Below are positions 1-7,352 of a stretch of DNA of 10,944 nucleotides, piece by piece. The position numbers and the translations under genes are program-made. How positions within the stretch are numbered: position 1 is the stretch's first letter; each line of letters begins with the position of its first letter. Source of the stretch: Myxococcales bacterium. GTDB lineage: Bacteria; Myxococcota; Myxococcia; Myxococcales; Anaeromyxobacteraceae. The stretch spans positions 1 through 10,944 of the forward strand of contig JBBQEB010000128.1 of assembly GCA_038320275.1 (NCBI GenBank), given 5' to 3'. Under the pieces are notes generated by a model. The model saw only the letters and a list, made by a program, of their open reading frames with translations. It searched no databases and was not told the DNA's origin.

Positions 1-1
1 G

Positions 2-1519
2 CTGCGCGCGCCGTCGCCGCCCGTCATCCTGGCCTCCATCCCGGCGCAGGCGGCGCCGCTCTGGAGCCCGCCGCCCCCCTGGAGCGCCCCCGCCCCGGCC
101 TGCGTGCCGGAGGAGGCCGCCGCGCCCCCGGAGGCTGCCCGGTTCATCACGGGCGAGCTGGCGCACGTCGGGCAGACCCGCCTCACCAACCGCAACAGCC
201 GCGCCGGCGTGGGGGTGGGGTTCCAGCACCAGGAGGGCTTCGACTACATGATGCTCACGCCGGGCGTCGACCTGCGCGTGCGCGAGTGGGAGCTCGGCAT
301 CGCGGCTCCGCTGCGGCTCGAGATGTGCCAGGGCGACGTGCCCCTCGGCGGCTGCATCGACGTGAACAAGCGCGCCGTGAAGCCCTTCGCGAACCGCTGG
401 GCCATGAAGCCTGGCGACTGGTCGGGCCCGGCGGACTACCTGAACGCGATCCGCTATCTGTCCTACGGCCACAAGGAGGACCGGCTGTCCTTCAACGCCA
501 CCCAGCAGTACGCCACCACCCTCGGACACGGCGGCGTGATGCGGCGCTACTTCCCCAATGCCGACGTGAACCAGCAGCGCGTCTCCGCCGAGCTGGACGC
601 CGACGGCGAGCACGCCGGCGTGGAGGCCTTCGCCAACAGCGTGCTCCGGCCCAACATCGTGGGGGTGGTCGGATACGTCCGGCCGCTCGCCGTCTCCTCG
701 GACGATCCCGTCGCACGCAGCTTCTCGCTGGGGCTCACCTACGTCACCGACCAGCGGGCGCCCACCCGCGCCTCAGCGGGCGCCGACCTGTCCCTCGACG
801 TGAGGCCCGACGATCACTACGACCACCGCGCGGTGACGGCGCTGGGGGTGAACGCCGAGCTGAGGCTCCTCCGCACGGAGCACTGGGACGTGAAGCCCTA
901 CCTCGAGCTCGACGCGCTCCAGGGCGCCGGAAGCGGCGTCTCGGTGGGCGTGCTCACCCGCGGCAGCTTCGGCGGCCTCTTCGCCGTGCGGCTGGTGGGC
1001 GAGGCGCGGAGCTTCGGCTCGAACTACCAGCCCGGCTACTTCGACACCTTCTACGAGGTCCAGAAGCTCCAGTACCGGATCGGCAAGGCCGGGTCCGCCG
1101 GCCCGGTGCCGATGACGAAGTGGGAGGCGATCTCGACCGCGACCGGCCCCCACCGCACAGGCATGTACGCCGAGGCGACCGTCTCTCTGGTGCGCTACCT
1201 CGCGCTGTCCGCCGGGTACGAAGGGGCGATGGCGCCCTCCACCCGCAGCGCCTTCCTCCACGCCGAGGTGCCCGTCCTCGACTGGCTGCAGTTCTTCGCG
1301 ACGCTCTACCGCCGCGACTTCCAGGGCGAGTCCTTCCTGGGAAAGGGCTTTCTCGACCGGCCCAACACGCTCTTCTTCTCGGGCGCGCGCCTCAAGATCT
1401 TGCCCTTCCTCTTCCTGAACGGCGGCGCCACCCAGACCTACGCCTGGGAACCCGGCCTGGCCTGTTTCAAGACGGCCCGCGGCTACAGCGCCGATGCGGA
1501 TGTGGGGGTGGAGTTTTAG
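2..1519 (+). CDS. Probable outer-membrane beta-barrel protein of unknown function; 5' end probably upstream of the window
   Basis: The frame is open from position 2 (LRAPSPPVILASIPAQAAPLWSPPPPW...) through the called GTG at 104 to TAG 1517-1519, with strong GC3 bias. It has many alternating hydrophobic/polar strands rich in aromatics and Gly (FSLGLTYVTD, ALGVNAELRL, GMYAEATVSLV, LALSAGYEG, LFFSGARLKI). It ends in a beta-signal-like C-terminus with terminal Phe (YSADADVGVEF). Confidence 0.7.
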   Translation: MRAPSPPVILASIPAQAAPLWSPPPPWSAPAPACVPEEAAAPPEAARFITGELAHVGQTRLTNRNSRAGVGVGFQHQEGFDYMMLTPGVDLRVREWELGIAAPLRLEMCQGDVPLGGCIDVNKRAVKPFANRWAMKPGDWSGPADYLNAIRYLSYGHKEDRLSFNATQQYATTLGHGGVMRRYFPNADVNQQRVSAELDADGEHAGVEAFANSVLRPNIVGVVGYVRPLAVSSDDPVARSFSLGLTYVTDQRAPTRASAGADLSLDVRPDDHYDHRAVTALGVNAELRLLRTEHWDVKPYLELDALQGAGSGVSVGVLTRGSFGGLFAVRLVGEARSFGSNYQPGYFDTFYEVQKLQYRIGKAGSAGPVPMTKWEAISTATGPHRTGMYAEATVSLVRYLALSAGYEGAMAPSTRSAFLHAEVPVLDWLQFFATLYRRDFQGESFLGKGFLDRPNTLFFSGARLKILPFLFLNGGATQTYAWEPGLACFKTARGYSADADVGVEF

Positions 1520-1539
1520 GGCCGATCACGATCCGGAAA

Positions 1540-1592
1540 CGCCGGCCGCGAGATCGAGCGAAGGGTCGAGCTTCTTCTTCCGCGGCCCGGCG
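1540..1592. terminator. Imperfect GC-rich stem-loop between convergent genes; possible terminator
   Basis: CGCCGGCCGCG (1540-1550) pairs with CGCGGCCCGGCG (1581-1592) with a single bulge. On the minus strand it begins 3 nt after the HNH stop and is followed by only TTT. The loop is long (30 nt), so this is not a canonical intrinsic terminator. Confidence 0.3.
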
Positions 1593-1595
1593 GTC

Positions 1596-3251
1596 CTACG
1601 GCCGCGGCCCGTCCCACGGCTCGCCGAGGAGGGACCAGCGCAGCGCGGGCGCGCGGCCGGTGACGCCGAGGAAGCCGCCGTGGAGGCAGCGCAGGTGGTG
1701 GTAGGCGCATAAAGGGACGAGGTTCTCCGGCGCGTCGTCGCCGCCCTGGGAGCGGAAGAGAACATGGTGGGCGTGGGCCGCCCGGTGGCTGCAGCCAGGC
1801 ACCTGACACTCACCCCCGTCGCGGTCGCGCGCCTTCCTGGAGAGCGTACGGGCGAACTTCACCGCGCGGCGCCACGTGTCCACGAAGTGCTGGGCGAGTA
1901 GCGCCAGGCAGGTTCCGGTCGAGAGCGGGGTCCCGAGATGCTGCCGGAGGGTGTGGACGGCCGCGGCGAGCAAGGCCGCGATGCGGAGCGGCAGAGGCAC
2001 CCGGATGGTCCGGTGCGCACGCAGCTGCCGCTCGGCCTCGCCCTCGAGCGCGCGCCGCAGCTCGACACAGGTGAGGGCGTGGGCCCGGGGCGTCCACGAC
2101 CCGAGCTCTCCGTCCGGGAGGCGGGCGAGGAGCCGCAGCTTCTCGAAGGGCAAGCCCTGCCGCTTGGCCTCGCGGAGCTCGGGCGAGCGCCAGCGCCGCT
2201 CCTCCAGCGCAGCGCGCTGCTCCACCGATCGGGCGGAGAGCCCCAGCCGCTCCTCGCAGTAATGGCGGAAGCTGGCGAAGCCGAGGAGCTGGTAGAGCCG
2301 GCTCTTCTTCACGGCGAGGCCGCAATAGCCGACGACGTCGTCCCACTGCGCCCGCAGCCGGGCCAGCTCCCGGAGAGCGGCGTCCAGCTCCTGGGCGGTG
2401 GCGCCCGCGTCGAGAGGCACCCCGGGCACCGGCACCTCGGGTACGGCGGACAGGAGCGGCCACCGCTCCGTTTCCGTCTCCAGCTCGGCGGCACGCTCCC
2501 GCTCTCGCGACCCGCCGGCGATCGGGCGGAGCGCCCCGCCCAGCTCACGGAGGTGGTCGGCGTCGGGAATATCCGGGTGCGCCGGCAGGACGCCCGCGAG
2601 CTCCTGGGCGATGGCCTCGACCTGCTCCACGCGGCTCGACCCCGGCATCAGCTCGCCTGCGAGCTCCAGCGCCTCGTCCACCGCCGCGCGCTCCTCGTCG
2701 TCGAGCGTGGTGCGCAGGGTAAGCCAGGCTTCGTCCTCGTCAGCCGGCAGCGCGCCCGCCCGGCGCACCCGCTCCTCCAGCTCGCGCACTGTGAGCCGCG
2801 CCGCCCGTTCCACCCAGACCCGCTCGTCCGCGCCCTGCGCAACCCCGAGCACCGTCTGAGCGGCGCGCAGGCGCACCCGGCCCGACCGGAGCGCCTCGCG
2901 CAGCAGCGGCCGGCTGCCCAGCTCACGGCCCAGGCGCGCCAGCTCCTCCGCCGCGCGCCGGCCCAGGTCGAGCACCTCGCGCGCGTAGTCGTCCAGGTGG
3001 CAGCCAAGCTGGGGCAGCCGGTCGCCCTGGCGGAGCGCGTGCAAGCCCTCCGCGAGCGCGACGTCCACCGCCCCGCGCCCCCGCGCCGCCCGCGCCAGGA
3101 TCGCCTCGCAGAAGTCTGCCTCGGCCTCACCCCCGCGAAAGAGCGCATCCAGCTCCGCCGAGGTGAACGGCTCCAGGTCCAGGGCCGCCCCCGCCCCGGT
3201 GGGCCGCCGGGCCGGGACCGGAACAGCGTCTTGGATGGGCGAGTGACGCAT
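1596..3251 (-). CDS. HNH endonuclease with a long DUF222/13E12-like helical N-terminal region (~551 aa)
   Basis: C-terminal Zn/HNH signature RDGGECQVPGC-SHRAAHAHHVLFRSQGGDDAPENLVPLCAYHHLRCLHGG. The N-terminal region has two related helical units (LGCHLDDYAREVLDLGRRAAEELARL; LGFASFRHYCEERLGLSARSVEQRAAL). Start placed at ATG 3251, preceded by GAGGA; ATG 3260 and the ORF-track start at 3392 are in-frame alternatives. Confidence 0.85.
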   Translation of the reverse strand: MRHSPIQDAVPVPARRPTGAGAALDLEPFTSAELDALFRGGEAEADFCEAILARAARGRGAVDVALAEGLHALRQGDRLPQLGCHLDDYAREVLDLGRRAAEELARLGRELGSRPLLREALRSGRVRLRAAQTVLGVAQGADERVWVERAARLTVRELEERVRRAGALPADEDEAWLTLRTTLDDEERAAVDEALELAGELMPGSSRVEQVEAIAQELAGVLPAHPDIPDADHLRELGGALRPIAGGSRERERAAELETETERWPLLSAVPEVPVPGVPLDAGATAQELDAALRELARLRAQWDDVVGYCGLAVKKSRLYQLLGFASFRHYCEERLGLSARSVEQRAALEERRWRSPELREAKRQGLPFEKLRLLARLPDGELGSWTPRAHALTCVELRRALEGEAERQLRAHRTIRVPLPLRIAALLAAAVHTLRQHLGTPLSTGTCLALLAQHFVDTWRRAVKFARTLSRKARDRDGGECQVPGCSHRAAHAHHVLFRSQGGDDAPENLVPLCAYHHLRCLHGGFLGVTGRAPALRWSLLGEPWDGPRP

Positions 3252-3260
3252 CGTGAACAT

Positions 3261-3288
3261 CCTCGCACACAGCTCTGACAGTGCGAGG
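3261..3288. repeat. Perfect 8-bp inverted repeat immediately upstream of the HNH start
   Basis: CCTCGCAC (3261-3268) / GTGCGAGG (3281-3288) with a 12-nt spacer. Confidence 0.6.
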
Positions 3289-3321
3289 CGCGAGATCCGA
3301 TGCTGGCGCACGCCATGCTCG

Positions 3322-3364
3322 CCGAGGTGCGACGCGAGGAGCTCACCCAGGTCGCGCACCTCGG
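3322..3364. repeat. Perfect 10-bp inverted repeat in the divergent intergenic region
   Basis: CCGAGGTGCG (3322-3331) / CGCACCTCGG (3355-3364) with a 23-nt spacer. Confidence 0.55.
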
Positions 3365-3499
3365 GCGCCTGCCTGTCGACGCGCTGGAACACCTCGAGAC
3401 TACCTCCCGTGATCTCGAATCACGCAGGTCGTTCGAAGGCGCTGGGGCAAGGGCTCGCGGAGCCGCCGCGGGCACCGCGCTGGGCCCTGTCCCCCGCTC

Positions 3500-3526
3500 T
3501 GCTAGACTCCGCCCTCCCCCGGGGAG
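3500..3526 (+). promoter_or_regulatory. Extended -10 sigma70-type promoter (TGcTAGACT) and RBS (GGGGAG) for the orf247-BREX operon
   Basis: TG at 3500-3501 plus TAGACT at 3503-3508 match TGn-TAnnnT, which is rare in this GC-rich sequence. GGGGAG at 3521-3526 lies 7 nt before GTG 3534. Confidence 0.6.
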
Positions 3527-3533
3527 CCTGCGC

Positions 3534-4277
3534 GTGCCCGTCGAGCCGTCCACCATCGAGCCCTTCTACCGCGCCGCCGTGCTGGGCCTGCGCGCGCTGG
3601 CGGCGCGGGCCGGGCGCGCGGGCGCGTTCGGCCCCCAGGCCGAGGCGCGCTGGAAGGTGTTCCGCGGCGCGCTGGGCGACGCCGACCGCATCGACCTTCT
3701 CCTGCGGGCTGCCGCAAAGGGCAACCCGGCCGCCTTCGCCCCGCGACTCGTCTTCCCGTTGGAGGGCCTCTCGGACGACGAGCCGTTCGGCCCGGACTGG
3801 CCGGGGATGCCGCCCGTCCTGGCGGCGGAGCTGGCGAAGGAGCTCGCGCTTCCGGTGACCGCGGCCACCGACTCCGCCGCGGCCTCCACGTTGGAGGCGG
3901 TGGCGAGAGCGTGGAGCCTCCCAAACGCGCCCTTCGCGCCGTCCGAGCTGGAGCGGGTGGCACCGGCCTCGCGCCTGGTGGCCGCCGGCGCGGGCGCCAT
4001 CCTCCCGCTGGCGGCGCGCTTCGACCGCCGCGCCGACCTCGACCTGGCGCAGCAGGTCCTCTTCGTCACCCTGTCCCCGGGCGAGCGCCACCTGGCCGGC
4101 CTCGCCGTGGCGCTCGTGGGCAGCCGGGGCGAGGCGCAGGTCGCCTCGGGCGCTGCGCCGCTCCCGGACCGCCAGCGCGCCGCCTTTGCTCGCCCTTCGG
4201 CCCTCCTCCTCGCGCCCGACGCACCGGCGCAGCTCCGCGAGGCGGCCGAGCGCACCTTCCGCTCGCTCCAGGAGTAA
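3534..4277 (+). CDS. Uncharacterised 247-aa protein, first gene of the BREX-2 operon
   Basis: GTG 3534 has an RBS and promoter upstream and is in frame with ORF 3300..4277. GC3-biased codons give a protein-like sequence (FYRAAVLGLRAL...ARWKVFRGALGDADRIDLLLR...DDEPFGPDWPG). Its stop TAA 4275-4277 lies 11 nt before the pglW start. Confidence 0.75.
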   Translation: MPVEPSTIEPFYRAAVLGLRALAARAGRAGAFGPQAEARWKVFRGALGDADRIDLLLRAAAKGNPAAFAPRLVFPLEGLSDDEPFGPDWPGMPPVLAAELAKELALPVTAATDSAAASTLEAVARAWSLPNAPFAPSELERVAPASRLVAAGAGAILPLAARFDRRADLDLAQQVLFVTLSPGERHLAGLAVALVGSRGEAQVASGAAPLPDRQRAAFARPSALLLAPDAPAQLREAAERTFRSLQE

Positions 4278-4288
4278 AGTCCCCGGCC

Positions 4289-5161
4289 GTGCCGCTCTCG
4301 CCCGCCCGCATCCACCAGCCCGGCCAGTCGGCCTACCCCTGGGAGCAGAGCGCCATCGAGTGGGTGCGGGGCCAGCTCCCCGACCGCGACCCCTACCACT
4401 TCTGGCCCCTGCAGGACCTGCGCGACGCCTCGGGCCGCATCCTCCAGCTCGACGGTCTGGTGCTCGGCTTTCACGCGCTGTACGTGCTGGAGGTGAAGGG
4501 CTGGCCAGGCGTCCTCGACGGCCAGGACGTGCAGCACTGGCGGGTCACCTTCCCCGACGGCCGCGCCTCCTACTACGACAACCCGATCTTCGCGACGAGC
4601 ACCAAGGCCAAGGCGGTCGCCGCGCTGCTGGAGAAGCGGCTGCCGCAGGGCCGCCGCCCCTGGGTGGAGCCGCTGGTCCTGCTCTCCGACCCATCGCTGC
4701 AGGTCCGCGTTCCGGACGGCTACCTGGGGGGCGTGGTGACGCCCGCCACCTTCATCCGCGCCATCACCCACGGTGAGGTGCCTCGATCTACCGACCGCCT
4801 GCAGTCGAAGGACCGGGTGAACAGGCCGGCCATGGACGGCGTGCTGGAGGTGCTTGCGGGGAGCGGGCTCCTCGTGCCCAGCCGGGCCGACCTGCGCATC
4901 GGCGACTTCACGTTGCAGGGCGTCATCGAGAACGGCCCGGGCTACCAGGACTGGGTGGCGCAGCACGAGCGCACCCCGGAGATCCGCCGGCGGGTGCGCA
5001 TCTACCTCGTCCCGCCCTCGGCGACGCCCGAGCGCCGCGCCCAGCTCCGCCGCGCCGCCGAGCGCGAGGCGCGCATCCTCACCGCGCTCGACCACCCCTC
5101 CATCCTGCGCGTCCACGACTACCGCGAGGAGGGTCCCACCGGCTCGCCAGCGATTGCCTTC
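4289..5161 (+). pseudogene. pglW: BREX-2/Pgl kinase PglW, truncated N-terminal 291 codons (NERD domain plus N-lobe of the first kinase-like domain)
   Basis: PglW-type N-terminus SAYPWEQSAIEWVRGQLPD..PYHFW; NERD core QLDGLVLGFHALYVLEVKGWPG and NP...TKAK. This is followed by GPGYQDWVAQH...RRRVRIYLV...RRAAEREARILTALDHPSILRVHDY...PAIAF. Protein-like sequence in this frame stops abruptly after TTC 5159-5161, with no HRD/DFG C-lobe. Confidence 0.85.
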
Positions 5162-5162
5162 G

Positions 5163-7352
5163 CTCTTGCCGGTCATCCAGGCCACCCACGGCACGCTCGA
5201 CCCCGCGGTGTGCCAGCGCGTGCGCGGCGACGCGCGCGAGCTGGGGTGTGCCAACTGCACGGTGCGCCGCTGCCGCGCCGACAACCGGCTGGTGAAGACG
5301 TTGCTCCTCGCCGCGCTGGTGCCCGAGGTGAAGCCGCTGAAGGACATGACCGCGAGGCGCCTGGTCGCCCTCAATCACGGCGCGCTGCCGGCCGTCATCC
5401 CCGGCAACGAGTGGATGGACGCGGTGGGCAGGCTGCGCGCGCTCGCCGCCGCGAGCGGCAAAGTGCGGGTGGGGGACCAGCCCGACCCCGCCGTCGCGGT
5501 GGTGCTGGAGGGGGTGGACCTGCGGCCCATCCTGGAGGGCGCGCGGGTCCACGACAGCGCCGGCGCGCGCGGGCGCAAGGTGATGGAGCTCGTCTACGGT
5601 GCCATGGGGCTCACCGGGAGCGCCCCTGCCCAGGCGCTGGTGAACCATCAGCAGGAGTGGCGCGGCACCACGCGCGCCGGGCAGGTCTACTTCGGCAACC
5701 TGCGAAAGATGGCCGACGAGCAGCTCCTCGCGCCGGAAGGCCACGACTTCCGGGTGGTGCTGGGCCTGCCCTTCGACGAGGCTGGCTTCGGGCCGAGCGA
5801 CGCCGAGGCGCGGCTGGGCGTGCTGGCCGAGTCGGGCAAGGCATCCCCCACGGTGGCCTGGGTGCCGAGCTTCCTCGGCGCGCAGGTGATGAAGGACCTC
5901 TCCGAGCTGGTGATCATCGACCAGCTCCTCCAGCCGGGCCAGCTCCGCCCCTTCTTCGAGCACCGGCCCCCGCAGGACCAGCAGCGCGCGCAGGCGGAGC
6001 TGCAGAGCCTCGCCACCCAGAAGCGACCGCGCATCCTGGCCGCGCTCCTGGCCGCGTACGGGTTGAAGGCCGACGCGGGCGAGCTCGATCCGGCCTCGCT
6101 GGTGGAGCGGCGCTTTCACGTGCTGTCGCCGGGCCTCGAGGTGCGCGGGCTGCCCGCGGCGGACTTCGCCTCCGGGCTTCGCGAGGCCATCCGCGAGCTG
6201 CTCGACGGCCGCTACCCGCGCCACGCGCACTTCAAGGACAAGGTGACGCGCGGCAGGCTGGAGAAGGCGCTCGCCCTGCACGAGAAGCTCTGCAACGCGG
6301 AGCACGGGCGGCTGCAGGTGACCTCGGCCGAGGAGAAGGAGCTGGGGCCGGCCGAGGCGCTGGGGCTCGTCCAGGTGAGCGGGGTGGCGGTGCTGCGGCC
6401 GCAGGTGTTCCTGGAGTGGAAGCGCCAGCTCACGCAGGAGAACGAGCCGTCGCCCAGCGTGGCGCGCCTGCGGCGCCTCGCCGACGCGGAGGGCGCCGCC
6501 GGTCATCCGGGCGAGGTCCTCGACTTCATGGTGATGGCCTTCGCGAGCGCCACCCACCGGGACCTTCTCTCCCCCGACGGGCGGCCGGTGGCGAGCCCCG
6601 TCCTGGGGAAGCTGCCGCTGGATGCCCAGGTGGTGGAGGTGGCGCTGCCGGAGGAGACCGCCTGGCAGGCCGCGCTCCTGCGCGCGGGCGACCTCTGGGG
6701 CCTCGCCCTGGGCGGCAGGGCGCGCAACCCGGCCAGCGTGAACCGCTTCGCCGCCGAGATCGAGCGGCGGCGCGCCGCGGCCATCGCGAGCGGCGCTCGC
6801 GAGGTGGCGGGGCTCTTGGAGGCTCGCCTCCCGCCCGGAGGGGAGGCGCCGCCCCGGCTGCGAACCGCCCGCGTGGTGGCGGCGCTGCTCGACGTCCTCA
6901 CTGGCGCGGCCCCCATCGCCGCGGTGGAGGCGATGGCGAGCTTCGACCCCGTCAACAGCATCGCGGCCATGCAGCGCCACCTCACCACCGCGCAGGCGGC
7001 GGCCGCGGCGCTGCGCGACGGGATGGTGTTCGGGGCCTTCGATGCGCTGCGGGGCCGCGCGGGCGAGCCCGCCGACGTGCTGCGGGAGGCGGCGAGCGTC
7101 CTCGCCGCCGACGAGGTGACCTTGCCGCTCGCGCCCAGGCTGGCGGCTCTCGGCGAGAGGGCGCTGCAGCTCCTGAGGCCGGCCCCGAGCGCGCCGGCTC
7201 CCGCTCCGGGCTCGTCCGGCCAGGGCCCGCTCCCGGCGGTCTTCCGCTCCCTCGCCGAGCTCGACGCGCACCGCGCCGGGCTGGAGGCGGCGGCGGCTGC
7301 TGCCGGGCCCGCGGCGCGGGTGGAGCTCACCTGGAAGATCGTGAAGCCGTGA
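5163..7352 (+). pseudogene. pglY: BREX-2/Pgl ATPase PglY, C-terminal ~729 codons without the N-terminal P-loop or a native start
   Basis: Begins LLPVIQATHG and contains the PglY-type segment ADNRLVKTLLLAALVPEVKPLKDMTARRLVALNHG, then WRGTTRAGQVYFGNLR, FRVVLGLPFDE, TVAWVPSFL, YPRHAHF, ending RVELTWKIV. The stop overlaps the pglZ start (GTGA). No Walker A is present, and the same frame upstream of 5163 reads as non-coding. Confidence 0.85.

Noticed and set aside
61..97. Approx. 18-nt tandem repeat (CTGGAGC...) as a repeat array or CRISPR remnant
   Set aside because: Only two imperfect copies, encoding a Pro-rich peptide; no spacers.
1547..3297. CGCGAGATC direct repeat at 1547-1555 and 3289-3297 as a target-site duplication around the HNH gene
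   Set aside because: The same 9-mer also occurs inside brxD (~10319); it is plausible by chance in GC-rich DNA and there is no transposase or terminal inverted repeat.
4854..5162. N-terminal 103 codons of the 832-aa ORF as the PglY start
   Set aside because: Ser/Arg/Ala-rich off-frame reading of pglW; PglY-like sequence begins only at 5163.
5150..5170. Programmed +1 frameshift joining PglW to PglY
   Set aside because: No recognisable slippery run, and the join cuts the kinase domain mid-fold and omits the PglY P-loop.
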